In this document: positions 1-9,198 of the stretch, piece by piece | Layout: every line of letters starts with the position of its first letter | Numbering within the stretch: position 1 is the stretch's first letter | Assembly: GCA_964440825.1 (NCBI GenBank) | Contig: CAYYKU010000003.1 | Location: 1 to 35,263 of the forward strand | DNA: 35,263 nt | From: Candidatus Woesearchaeota archaeon | GTDB taxonomy: Archaea; Nanobdellota; Nanobdellia; Pacearchaeales; GW2011-AR1 | Reading direction: 5' to 3' | The notes under the pieces: generated by a model | The model's database searches: none | What the model saw: the letters and a program-made list of their open reading frames with translations, nothing else | What the model was told of the DNA's origin: nothing | Translations under genes and position numbers: made by a program

Positions 1-330
1 ATTCTTCATCTTAATTACTTTGCAATTTAAGGGCCTTTTTTCCTCATCAATTAATGTATTGATAGCTTCATTCAAATCAAAGTTTACAGCCCAAACATAA
101 AAATGTGTTTTAGGGTTTGCGAGTATTTTATCCTTGAGCCCCCCATAGCAATCGAAGTCATTGTCTCTTGATCCATGTACTAATGCAACAGGAGATGTTA
201 TTCGATCATGCGTGGTGGGTCTGCAAAGACAGGGGAGTTCTGTAACACTCATTATTCCAAAAATATCTCTTAGTGTATCTTCAGTTTCACTTGTGTGAAA
301 ATAATGATTATAAAACGGAATAGTTATCAT
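1..330 (-). CDS. hypothetical protein, 3'-truncated by window edge
   Basis: Manually translated open frame from ATG at 330 (MITIPFYNHYFHTSETEDTLRDIFG...KMKN) running off position 1. ATGA overlap with the stop of the upstream ORF. Confidence 0.7.
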   Translation of the reverse strand, partial: MITIPFYNHYFHTSETEDTLRDIFGIMSVTELPCLCRPTTHDRITSPVALVHGSRDNDFDCYGGLKDKILANPKTHFYVWAVNFDLNEAINTLIDEEKRPLNCKVIKMKN

Positions 331-617
331 TTTTGTTTTCCTACTTCTCGGGCATCTAATTTATTCTGCAGTAACCATGCAATATACTGTTCTTCAGAAG
401 GTCTAACTTTTTTAGTACCTATCGGAGGAGTTATTTTAATCTGATCATCTTCTTTTTTGTAGTCTTTAAAACTAATGACTCTTACACTATAGCTGTTCTT
501 AGTTGCCATTACATGTCTTACTCCGCCGCATGTTTGTATGCCCAGATATACGTATGGGTTTTTGCCAATATTTGTTTGATATATTTCTCCAAAAACAAGT
601 TTATCTTCTATACTCAT
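327..617 (-). CDS. hypothetical protein (96 aa)
   Basis: ORF track 327..698. Start moved to ATG at 617 (MSIEDKL), which forms an ATGA overlap with the aminopeptidase stop. Confidence 0.65.
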   Translation of the reverse strand: MSIEDKLVFGEIYQTNIGKNPYVYLGIQTCGGVRHVMATKNSYSVRVISFKDYKKEDDQIKITPPIGTKKVRPSEEQYIAWLLQNKLDAREVGKQK

Positions 618-1684
618 AATTTCCACTCTCCCTTTTCTTGAATAACTTTTCCATCGACAATTAATTTCGCTTTCTTCATAGACTTTACAATATCCCAATG
701 AATTGCAGAATCATTTCCGCCGCCGTTATCTTTATACGCCATTCCCAGTGCTAGATGTATTGTTCCTCCAATTTTTTCATCGAATAAAAGGTTATTTGTA
801 TATTTTGTAACTTTAGGATTGCACCCAATTCCAAGCTCTCCAACATAAGAAGCATTTTCATCAGTTGCTAACATTTCCTTTAATAAATCTTCATTCTTAC
901 TGGCTTTAGACTCGACAACTTTTCCATTTTCAAATTTTAAGAAAATATTAGAAACTTCTTTTCCATTCTTAATCGAGTTGTAATCAAATTTAATCCATCC
1001 ATTCAAACTTTCTCTAACTGGTGCCATAAAAATTTCTCCTGCAGGCATATTGTCAAAATCTAAATCCGACTTAGCAAGTTCTCCATGAACTTTCATTTTC
1101 AAATCAACTCCATCACCAATTAAATGAACAGAAGAATTTTCTTTAAATTTAGATAGTGCTTTATTCATAATTCTCTTTAACTTATTCCAATCTTGTAAGC
1201 ATGCAGAATAAACAAAATTTTCATACTCAGTAAAAGACATTTCTGCTTCTTGTGCTAAAGCTAAACAAGGATATGCGATAGTACATCTTTTTATTTTGTC
1301 TTTTTCATTACAAACATAGTCTGATATTTTATGTGTAATTTTTCCACGAGTAGTCATTTTCTTAGAATCACAATTTGATAACTCTCGAGTGTTTAACTCG
1401 GTATCAATTCCAATATATCCGTCTGCTTGTTTTACAGTATCAAACCAATATTCGGGGAAATGTTCTAGCTGTTCTTTAGTTGCATATTTATAGAAAAAAT
1501 CATTAACTTCTGGAAGTCCGACTCTAACGATAGGAATTGCTTTTTGTAAAATAATTTCTTTATATAATTCAACTAAAAAAGGAATTGATTCGCTTCCGCC
1601 AGAGATAATTACTTTATGTCCTGGTTTAACTTTAACTCCTTCTCTCACAGCAAGTTGCGCAAGTTTTCTAGTTCGTGGATCCAT
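614..1684 (-). CDS. aminopeptidase, peptidase M29 family (AmpS/AmpT-like)
   Basis: M29 motifs NMPAGEIF, GELGIG, LFDEKIGGTIHLALG, SAIHWD. Confidence 0.92.
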   Translation of the reverse strand: MDPRTRKLAQLAVREGVKVKPGHKVIISGGSESIPFLVELYKEIILQKAIPIVRVGLPEVNDFFYKYATKEQLEHFPEYWFDTVKQADGYIGIDTELNTRELSNCDSKKMTTRGKITHKISDYVCNEKDKIKRCTIAYPCLALAQEAEMSFTEYENFVYSACLQDWNKLKRIMNKALSKFKENSSVHLIGDGVDLKMKVHGELAKSDLDFDNMPAGEIFMAPVRESLNGWIKFDYNSIKNGKEVSNIFLKFENGKVVESKASKNEDLLKEMLATDENASYVGELGIGCNPKVTKYTNNLLFDEKIGGTIHLALGMAYKDNGGGNDSAIHWDIVKSMKKAKLIVDGKVIQEKGEWKL

Positions 1685-1685
1685 T

Positions 1686-2192
1686 TTATCTTGCTGCCTC
1701 CATATTTAACGGAATAACTTTATCTGGAGCTATAGATGAAATAGACATTCCCCACATAGATCTGTTAGCAAAGTCAAAATTAAATTCTAGTTTGGGAGCA
1801 ATACCTATCTGTCGCACTCTTTTTAATTCTAATTTCATTTGTACGGGCTTGTCTAGGGAAACTTCTCTTCTGAAGTGCTCATCTAGTCTGGCAATTTTGA
1901 CTCTTCCAGTTAATAATATTGATCTTAATTTGTCAAGAGAGGTCTCTCCCAATTCTGGAAGTTTATCTTCTTGTATTAATCTTTCTACCAAAGCATATTC
2001 TGCTTGCGCTATACAAAGATGATATCCTCTAGGAGTGGCATAATGTACTATTTCTCCTCTTGCTACTGGAGGTTCGGAGATATTAAATAAAAAGACAGCC
2101 GCCCGACCATCCTGGTCTTCTTGTTTAAAATTTACATAACCTGGTAGGTAAACATCTTGTGCTAAGAATTCTTGTACGTTTCTTGGATCCAT
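1686..2192 (-). CDS. hypothetical protein, possible hot-dog-fold (FcoT-like) thioesterase
   Basis: 168-aa ORF. Central helix HY...HLCIAQAEYALV followed by the strand IARLDEHFRREV resembles FcoT-type hot-dog proteins. The resemblance is by eye only. Confidence 0.45.
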   Translation of the reverse strand: MDPRNVQEFLAQDVYLPGYVNFKQEDQDGRAAVFLFNISEPPVARGEIVHYATPRGYHLCIAQAEYALVERLIQEDKLPELGETSLDKLRSILLTGRVKIARLDEHFRREVSLDKPVQMKLELKRVRQIGIAPKLEFNFDFANRSMWGMSISSIAPDKVIPLNMEAAR

Positions 2193-2193
2193 T

Positions 2194-2448
2194 TTATTTT
2201 CTCCTGACTTGACTATATTTTAAAATAAACTGTTGTGCCATCATAGATAAATTTAATTTAGCCGTAGGTTCTCCTTCAACTAAACCTCGGTCTACTCTTT
2301 CGTCTCTAGATACTACTTCATATATTTTGTATCCTTTTTCTGAAGGTTCAGCTGTAAAAGTATGTAAACAAATCGGAGGTCGCATTACATTACATATAAG
2401 GTTTCCTTCTGGTGTTCTATCCAAAGTTAATTCGTAATCAGTTTTCAT
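2194..2448 (-). CDS. hypothetical protein (84 aa)
   Basis: ATG ORF tightly coupled (1-nt gap) to the downstream gene. Confidence 0.65.
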   Translation of the reverse strand: MKTDYELTLDRTPEGNLICNVMRPPICLHTFTAEPSEKGYKIYEVVSRDERVDRGLVEGEPTAKLNLSMMAQQFILKYSQVRRK

Positions 2449-2550
2449 TTTATTTTAGAATTCATAGGCGAATTCAATCAGCACTTTGCCAATCAATCAC
2501 CTTAATTATATGTATTATTTTGACTTTAAAAACTTATAGAATACTTAAAA

Positions 2551-2607
2551 TGAGCTCTCAGGAATTGAGGCCTCAGCAGAGGTCATCCTCGCAGGAAACC
2601 TGGGACC
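2551..2607 (-). repeat. degenerate copy of the tRNA-Ile 3' end with a 29-nt insertion in the T-loop
   Basis: + strand tgagctctcaggaattga[29 nt]acctgggacc versus tRNA tgagcccgccaggatttgaacctgggacc. Confidence 0.6.
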
Positions 2608-2640
2608 TGGTTCTAAATTAAAAAATCATTTTTAGAAAAA

Positions 2641-2714
2641 TGAGCCCGCCAGGATTTGAACCTGGGACCCCCGCCGTATCAGAGCGGTGCGCTACCGGGC
2701 TGCGCTACGGGCTC
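2641..2714 (-). tRNA. tRNA-Ile(GAT), no intron, CCA not encoded
   Basis: Reverse complement GAGCCCG TAGCGCAGCCCGGTAGCGCA CCGCT CTGATAC GGCGG GGGTC CCAGG TTCAAAT CCTGG CGGGCTC A folds into a cloverleaf. Confidence 0.96.
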
Positions 2715-2876
2715 AATATTATGCACTCAAGACTCTGAAAATTCATAATCCTGAACGATTAGAGGTGATACCCTCAAAATATTCTAATTTAGTTGGTTTT
2801 TAAAAGTTAGTATTTACTCTTTTTGCAATAAAGTATTCATCCAAACCCTTATATACATATTCGAACTGGATTAATT

Positions 2877-3116
2877 ATGGACACACATCTAAAAATTCAT
2901 AATAAAACTTCGATTTCTTTTAGAAAATCAAAGAAAAGTATTCAAAGTTTCAAAACTCTAGGAATAACAACGAGAAAATATTATTCTGAAAACGACAGAA
3001 CTAGAGAGAGATATAAAAAAGCAGGTGATAGAATGCGTGAAAGATTTAGAAAATCAAAAGGACTTAGAGCAGACGGTAAATTAAAGAGACGTGTAAGAAG
3101 AAGAAAAAGAAAGTAA
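2877..3116 (+). CDS. small, highly basic hypothetical protein (79 aa)
   Basis: ATG ORF filling the gap between the tRNA and dnaJ, with TTATATA about 28 nt upstream. Very K/R-rich. Confidence 0.55.
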   Translation: MDTHLKIHNKTSISFRKSKKSIQSFKTLGITTRKYYSENDRTRERYKKAGDRMRERFRKSKGLRADGKLKRRVRRRKRK

Positions 3117-3120
3117 AATT

Positions 3121-4182
3121 TTACTCATCTAATAATCTTAATTCTTCATATAATTTTGCTTGAGCTTTACTCAATTTCTTAGGAGTGGTTACTGTAATGT
3201 TAACGAACTGGTCTCCATGATGGCTTGGACTATTCAAAACCGGAATTCCTCTTCCTTTAAGTCTTAAAACGCTTCCAGATTGTGTTCCACTAGCTACTTT
3301 GATTTTTATTTCTTCAGAATTTAATGTTGGGATTTTTATTTCTGCTCCGAGTGCTGCCTGTGCGAAGCTTATATTTAAGTCCATAAAAATATCGGATCCA
3401 TTTCTTTTGAAGATTTTGTGAGGTTTAACCTTGATTAATAAATATAAATCTCCATCTTCCCCATTTTTCGTTGCGTTTCCACCACCAGGAATCCTAAGAG
3501 TTTGTCCATTATCAATTCCTTTTGGAATTTTAACTTTAACTTTTTCTCTACTTTCAAAAACTCCCTTTCCGTCGCAATGAGGGCATTCATTTTCAGGAAT
3601 TTGTCCTTCGCCATTACAGTTATCACATCTTCCAACTTGGCTAATCATACCGAATGGAGTTCTTTGGTTAATTTTTATTCTGCCTTGACCATTACATTTT
3701 GAACATTTTCTAAATACTTTATCTTCAGCTCCAGTTCCATCACATAATTCGCATGGGACATTTTTCTTAATTAAAATTTCTTTCTCAACTCCGAAAACAG
3801 CTTCATTAAATTCTATGGTTATTTCATAACGTAAATCCGGATCAACTTCTTCATCCTCATCATCATATCCTCCTCCGAAACCATTTCTAAATAAATCTCC
3901 AAATATATCTTGGAATCCGCCGCCATGAGAATGAGATGAACGACCGCTAAATGGATTTTCCTCACCCATATCGTGCTTCTTTCTCTTTGCAGGATCTCCA
4001 ATAGTGCTGTAAGCCTCGTTTATTTCTTTAAATTTATCTTCATATTCTTTTTTCTTGTCAGCTGCTGCTTTATCTGGATGATACTTCAAAGCTAGTTTCT
4101 TGTAAGCTTTCTTAATAGTATCTTCAGAATCGGTCTTCTTCACGCCGAGTATTTCATAATAATCTTTCTTTACTGCTGCCAT
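3121..4182 (-). CDS. dnaJ: chaperone DnaJ (class A)
   Basis: J-domain with HPD, G/F region, four CxxCxGxG repeats (CELCDGTG, CSKCNGQG, CDNCNGEG, CPHCDGKG) and C-terminal domain. Confidence 0.97.
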   Translation of the reverse strand: MAAVKKDYYEILGVKKTDSEDTIKKAYKKLALKYHPDKAAADKKKEYEDKFKEINEAYSTIGDPAKRKKHDMGEENPFSGRSSHSHGGGFQDIFGDLFRNGFGGGYDDEDEEVDPDLRYEITIEFNEAVFGVEKEILIKKNVPCELCDGTGAEDKVFRKCSKCNGQGRIKINQRTPFGMISQVGRCDNCNGEGQIPENECPHCDGKGVFESREKVKVKIPKGIDNGQTLRIPGGGNATKNGEDGDLYLLIKVKPHKIFKRNGSDIFMDLNISFAQAALGAEIKIPTLNSEEIKIKVASGTQSGSVLRLKGRGIPVLNSPSHHGDQFVNITVTTPKKLSKAQAKLYEELRLLDE

Positions 4183-4227
4183 AGTAGATAAGAAACGTTT
4201 GCTTTTTTAAATCATTCGTAATAGAAT

Positions 4228-6033
4228 TTACTTCTTCTCGTCAACAACTTCTGCATCAACTACTTTAGAATCGTTCTTAGTTTCAGCTTGTGCAGCTTGT
4301 TCTTTAGCAGATTGTTCGTAGATTTTTACACCAAGTTCTTGTGAGATTCTCTTTGTGTTTTCTAATTCTGCTTTGATAGTTTGTATATTAGTGCCGCTCA
4401 ACGCTTTCTTCAATTCATCTATTTGCTTTTGTATTTTTTCAATTGTATCTTTCAATTCTGCTTTGTCTTTGTATTCTTCCATCATTTTTTCAGTAGCATA
4501 AACTATAGATTCAGCTTCATTTCTAGCCATAATCAATTCTTTCTTCTTCAAGTCTTCTTCCTTGAATTTCTCAGAATCTTTTACCATTTTTTCAATTTCT
4601 TCTTCAGTTAAAGCTCCACCAGTAACAACAATCTTCTGTTCTTTACCAGTTCCTAAGTCTTTAGCAGAAACTTTTACAATACCGTTTGTATCAATATCAA
4701 AGGTAACTTCAATTTGAGGTATTCCTCTTGGTGCTGGTGGTATTCCAACTAAGTCGAATTTACCTAAAGATTTATTGTCTTCAGCCATTTCCCTTTCACC
4801 TTGTAAAACATTGATTGTTACAGCTTGTTGACCATCAGCAGCAGTTGTGAAAACTTCGCTCTTCTTTGTAGGGATAGTTGTATTTCTATCAATTAAAGCA
4901 ACTCTAATTCCGCCCATTGTTTCAATACCTAATGTTAAAGGTGTAACATCTAAAAGTAAAATATCTGTGATATCACCACCGATAATTGCGCCTTGGATTG
5001 CAGCTCCTAAAGAAACGGCTTCATCTGGGTTAACAGATTTGTCTGGAACTAAACCAGTAAGATCTTGAACTATCTTTTGAACCATAGGGATTCTTGTAGA
5101 ACCTCCAACTAAAATAACTTTATCAATTTTTGGATTTTTAGCGTCTTTGATTGCTTGTTTTACTGGATTCTTTAATTTTTCAAAAATAGGATCGCAGATT
5201 TTTTCAAAATTTGCTCTTGTTATTGTAACATCTAAGTGCTTTGGACCATCAGCGCCAGCAGCAATATAAGGGATAGTTACCTTTGTTTGTTGAGCTGAGC
5301 TTAATTCAATCTTTGCCTTTTCAGAAGCATCTCTAAGTCTTTGTAAAGCAACTAAATCTGTTTTCAAATCGATTCCATTGTCTTTTTTGAATTCAGCAGC
5401 TAAATAATCAATTAATAAGTTATCAATATCATCTCCACCTAGGAAATTATCTCCGCTTGTAGACTTAACTTCAAAGATTCCGCCACCAAGTTCTAAGATA
5501 GAAACATCAAAAGTTCCGCCACCAAAGTCGAAAACTAAAATTGTGTGATCATGAGATTTTTCCAAACCATATGCTAAAGAAGCTGCAGTTGGTTCGTTAA
5601 TAATTCTTTTTACGTTTAATCCAGCAATAACACCTGCATCCTTTGTTGCATTTCTTTGAGCGTCTCCAAAATAAGCTGGAACTGTGATAACAGCATCAGT
5701 TACTTCATGGCCTAAATATGCTTCAGCATCTTTCTTTAATTTTTGTAAAATCATAGCAGAAATTTGTTCAGGAGAATATTCTTTGTCTCCAATTTTTGTC
5801 ATTTTCTTTGTACCCATTAATCTTTTGATACTTCTAACTGTGTTCTTTGTATTTGCAACTGCTCCTCTTTTTGCAACATCACCAACTAAAATTTCATCTC
5901 CTGTGATAGAAACTACGCTCGGTGTTGTATTATTACCTTCAGTATTTGGAATAATTTTTGCTCTTCCACCTTCCATGATGCTTACAGCTGAGAATGTTGT
6001 TCCTAAATCAATTCCTATAATTTTGTTGTTCAT
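4228..6033 (-). CDS. dnaK: chaperone DnaK (Hsp70)
   Basis: [46 protein letters not shown]. Confidence 0.99.
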   Translation of the reverse strand: MNNKIIGIDLGTTFSAVSIMEGGRAKIIPNTEGNNTTPSVVSITGDEILVGDVAKRGAVANTKNTVRSIKRLMGTKKMTKIGDKEYSPEQISAMILQKLKKDAEAYLGHEVTDAVITVPAYFGDAQRNATKDAGVIAGLNVKRIINEPTAASLAYGLEKSHDHTILVFDFGGGTFDVSILELGGGIFEVKSTSGDNFLGGDDIDNLLIDYLAAEFKKDNGIDLKTDLVALQRLRDASEKAKIELSSAQQTKVTIPYIAAGADGPKHLDVTITRANFEKICDPIFEKLKNPVKQAIKDAKNPKIDKVILVGGSTRIPMVQKIVQDLTGLVPDKSVNPDEAVSLGAAIQGAIIGGDITDILLLDVTPLTLGIETMGGIRVALIDRNTTIPTKKSEVFTTAADGQQAVTINVLQGEREMAEDNKSLGKFDLVGIPPAPRGIPQIEVTFDIDTNGIVKVSAKDLGTGKEQKIVVTGGALTEEEIEKMVKDSEKFKEEDLKKKELIMARNEAESIVYATEKMMEEYKDKAELKDTIEKIQKQIDELKKALSGTNIQTIKAELENTKRISQELGVKIYEQSAKEQAAQAETKNDSKVVDAEVVDEKK

Positions 6034-6587
6034 TTTGTATCCTTTAACCTACTAACTTTGACTTTTGATGCCCTTAAAAGCTTTTCGTTTATTAAATATC
6101 CCTTCTGAATCTCTTCCACGATGACGTTTTCTTTTTCACCTTCAACTCTAACTACTGCTTCATGAATATTTGGATTAAAAGTTCCTTTTGTATTAATTAC
6201 TTTCAAACCAAATTTTGTTAATGTTTCTTTTAATTCGTCGTAAATCATTTGAACTCCAGGATCTTTATTATGCTTTAAGGCAAGTTCAAAATGATCTAAT
6301 GTAGGTAATAATTCTGAAATTAAATTTGCATTTGCATTAACTAAAATTTCTTGTTTTTCTTTGTCCATTCTTTTTCTAGAATTATCAAATTCTGCTTGTA
6401 ATCTTGCAATTTTATCCATATATTCTGCTTCTTTGCTTACTTCTTCCTGAGGAACTTCTGCTGCTGCATCTTTGAAAGCGTTTAATATTTTGTTCATCAT
6501 TTCATTACCTTCAGCGTCGGTCATTTCTGGCTCTTCAGCTGTCTGGGGTACTTCTACTTTTTTTTTCTGTTTTTCAGTTTCTGTCAT
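6030..6587 (-). CDS. grpE: nucleotide exchange factor GrpE
   Basis: [25 protein letters not shown]...LLRAS.VKV. ATGA overlap with dnaK. Start set at the ATG at 6587. Confidence 0.95.
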   Translation of the reverse strand: MTETEKQKKKVEVPQTAEEPEMTDAEGNEMMNKILNAFKDAAAEVPQEEVSKEAEYMDKIARLQAEFDNSRKRMDKEKQEILVNANANLISELLPTLDHFELALKHNKDPGVQMIYDELKETLTKFGLKVINTKGTFNPNIHEAVVRVEGEKENVIVEEIQKGYLINEKLLRASKVKVSRLKDTK

Positions 6588-6680
6588 AAATATAATTCGC
6601 AATAATGCTTTTTAAAGGGTTTGGTTTTTGGTTTTTTCTCAGAGGCTCAGCTTTAAAAACCTATTTTTAGATATATTTTT

Positions 6681-7214
6681 ATGGTAAAAATCAAAGGAAA
6701 TGAAATAGCTCTTCCAAGTATAACAAATTCATTTGAACGTAGATCTGTCCAAATTCAAAATAGTATTATCTCTACATTAAAAAAATTAGGAATAGAAAGA
6801 GATAATGTTAGAATGCCTATGGAAAGAATTGCACAAAAAAAAGCACCAGCTTCTGTAGAATGGTGGTTCCAAGGAAGAAACTTAAAATATAGTTATGCTC
6901 TAATGCCTAGATTTATAGAAAACCTTTGTGTTATAGATAAGGTTTTGAAAATAGAAGTTGATAAGTTCGTTTCTAAAGAAATAACCTTCGATCAATTTGC
7001 TCGTGAATTTTCCGAAGATGATGATTTATCTGACCAACTTAAAGAAGCAAGAAAAACACTCGGCGTTGATGAAGGTGAAAAAGATTTCGAACTAATAAGT
7101 AAAAAATATAAAGATTTAGCAAGACAGCACAATCCGGATATGCCTGAAGGAGATCACGAAGTTTTTCAAAAAGTTAATGCTGCTCATAAGTTAATAAAAA
7201 AAGAATTAACTTAA
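6681..7214 (+). CDS. protein with C-terminal J-like domain (HPD replaced by NPD)
   Basis: ARKTLGV...ISKKYKDLARQHNPD...FQKVNAAH. Divergent from grpE, with TTTAAAAA at 6652. Confidence 0.85.
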   Translation: MVKIKGNEIALPSITNSFERRSVQIQNSIISTLKKLGIERDNVRMPMERIAQKKAPASVEWWFQGRNLKYSYALMPRFIENLCVIDKVLKIEVDKFVSKEITFDQFAREFSEDDDLSDQLKEARKTLGVDEGEKDFELISKKYKDLARQHNPDMPEGDHEVFQKVNAAHKLIKKELT

Positions 7215-7263
7215 ACTTATTTATCACCACAATTCTTATAAATCAAATTTTTATTCAAAAATA

Positions 7264-7797
7264 ATGAGTTTTCCTAATGTGGCCCTGAGAATAAATATGC
7301 CCAACAACGCAAGAGATTTTTTTAATTTATTAGATAAGGATAGGATTGAAAGAATCGTAGGGGATTTTCAAGGGCCAATTTCTAGGCTTGGGCAGAGAAT
7401 TACTACTGTTGGAGATTATTTTGGAAAAGTAGACGGTTGGTATGAAATGCAAAATTTGTCATTCGGGTCTACAGTTCCAACATTAAAAAAGCTCAAGCCA
7501 AATAAAGACCTATACTCTCCTATTCATCTGGTTGGTGAACCTGAGTTTGATTGTGCAGATGTAACTAATTTCTTCTATTCTATGAACTTTAGAGCACCTC
7601 ACGATTATAAACTTAAAGTCTATAGTCAAAGTGTAAGTCCTAAAGGCGAAAAATTAAAACATTTAATTGGAGAAGATAGGTTAGTTGTTGACTTTAGTTA
7701 CTCTCTCTTTCCTATGCCTACTCCCCAGATACTAGGGGCTTATCAATTTGAAAATGTTCCCAATGGGGGAATAATTCTCCGTGCAGGTAAATTGTAA
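7264..7797 (+). CDS. hypothetical protein
   Basis: 177-aa ATG ORF with upstream TTATAAA. No motif recognised. Confidence 0.7.
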   Translation: MSFPNVALRINMPNNARDFFNLLDKDRIERIVGDFQGPISRLGQRITTVGDYFGKVDGWYEMQNLSFGSTVPTLKKLKPNKDLYSPIHLVGEPEFDCADVTNFFYSMNFRAPHDYKLKVYSQSVSPKGEKLKHLIGEDRLVVDFSYSLFPMPTPQILGAYQFENVPNGGIILRAGKL

Positions 7798-7803
7798 AAT
7801 TTA

Positions 7804-8442
7804 TTATTTTAATCTTAAAAAAATCTTTCCGCCTTTTATAGCCATTCCTAAAATCTCTACTTTTGAAGGAAGTTTTTTTACGTAACATTTGTCTTTAGTG
7901 TAGGCTTTCAATTCTAAACTTTGTTCAAGTTTTGTTAAAGTGATATCTTTCTTTACAGTAACTCCGGGTGTTTCAATTTCATAAATTAATCCTTCTGGTA
8001 ATCTTCTAATAGTTGACTTTGCCGGAACTTGTTTCAATTTTGCTCTTCTTTCTTGTTCGTCTTCAGAAACCTTTTCATTAAATCTTTCAATAGAACTAAC
8101 AGTCTTGGTCTGTTCAACTGGTTGTGGATTCATTGCCTGCATATTTGGCATTCCAGTTGAAAATTGTATTTTGAAACCTTTAGGTTTAGGCCCATTCATG
8201 TTGTCCATGTTTGACATTTCTTTTTCAATTTGTTTCATTAAGGTATTAACAATCCCATTAAGTCCAAAGGGCAACTTCATATCATTCACTGCTTGCTGCA
8301 TTTGTACTTCATCATTATTACCTAGCATCCCATAATCTTCTTGAGCAGATCTTTTATCTTTCAATGGAACGCCGCACCAAGGACAGTATAGAAACTTTCT
8401 GTCTACTTTCTCTTTACATGAATGGCATTTTTTCTTAAACAT
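7804..8442 (-). CDS. zinc-ribbon protein with probable C-terminal Hsp20/alpha-crystallin-like domain
   Basis: N-terminal CHSC...CPWCG. C-terminal beta-rich IYEIETPGV...DITLTKLEQSLELKA...YVKKLP...GKIFLRL. Start set at the ATG at 8442. Confidence 0.7.
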   Translation of the reverse strand: MFKKKCHSCKEKVDRKFLYCPWCGVPLKDKRSAQEDYGMLGNNDEVQMQQAVNDMKLPFGLNGIVNTLMKQIEKEMSNMDNMNGPKPKGFKIQFSTGMPNMQAMNPQPVEQTKTVSSIERFNEKVSEDEQERRAKLKQVPAKSTIRRLPEGLIYEIETPGVTVKKDITLTKLEQSLELKAYTKDKCYVKKLPSKVEILGMAIKGGKIFLRLK

Positions 8443-8503
8443 AAAATTAAAACCTCTTAAAATATCAAATTCTTGAGTATTTAAATAACTTTGGTCATAG
8501 AGT

Positions 8504-9145
8504 TTACGCACGTATTATTCCTCTATGTGTTAGATATTCTAAAACCGCTTCATCTTTTTCTCTATCTAGAACTATTCCCTTTATCGGAACTTGCGTTTGT
8601 TTAATATCGCAATCTCTATATATTTTTAAATTATTTTTATCATAACCATAATAACTTTCCGCAGAGATTATGGGCTCTCCAAATCTTTTAAATGGTTTTC
8701 CAGAAAGAATACTTCTAAAGATCGGTCTTTTCATCGTGCAATATTTTCTGCCCTTTTCACTAACTCGAGTTTCTCTATCTATTACTGCATTCACCACATC
8801 TTGAGTTATTAAATACACTTCCAATATTTTCATATTGCGCTTAAGAATTCGTCTTATTTGTCCATTTGTTTTTCCAGCTAGTCTAATTGTAGCATCATCG
8901 AAATTGTGTAATCCTAGACAATATACAACTGGTTCCTCTACATCTCGGAATCTATCTTTTTGATAATGTTTTAAATCTGGACCCCATCTTTTATTTCCTA
9001 CCTTTGTTTCAACCCAAAATCCCTCAAGCGAATTATGAAAATCAGGAACATGTTTACCATCATCTACATGTGATTCAAATCCTGGAAAATATGCTTGAAA
9101 ACAACTCTCAAATCTTGCACCAATACCCGTGCTTATGTCTGTCAT
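8504..9145 (-). CDS. putative PD-(D/E)XK nuclease-fold protein
   Basis: FE...VPDF...FWVETKVG motif followed by YQ. Start set at the ATG at 9145. Confidence 0.6.
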   Translation of the reverse strand: MTDISTGIGARFESCFQAYFPGFESHVDDGKHVPDFHNSLEGFWVETKVGNKRWGPDLKHYQKDRFRDVEEPVVYCLGLHNFDDATIRLAGKTNGQIRRILKRNMKILEVYLITQDVVNAVIDRETRVSEKGRKYCTMKRPIFRSILSGKPFKRFGEPIISAESYYGYDKNNLKIYRDCDIKQTQVPIKGIVLDREKDEAVLEYLTHRGIIRA

Positions 9146-9198
9146 AAAATAAAACATCAAAATCTCTTTATAAGAATTGTTACATAAAAAAGAGTATA

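Noticed and set aside
2412-2621. 69-aa + strand ORF
   Set aside because: Non-ATG start, overlaps a minus-strand gene and the tRNA-derived repeat, and has no coding signal.
2715-2800. Small hairpins (GAGG-TGATAC-CCTC) in the tRNA-Ile upstream region
   Set aside because: The 4-bp stems are too short to distinguish from chance.
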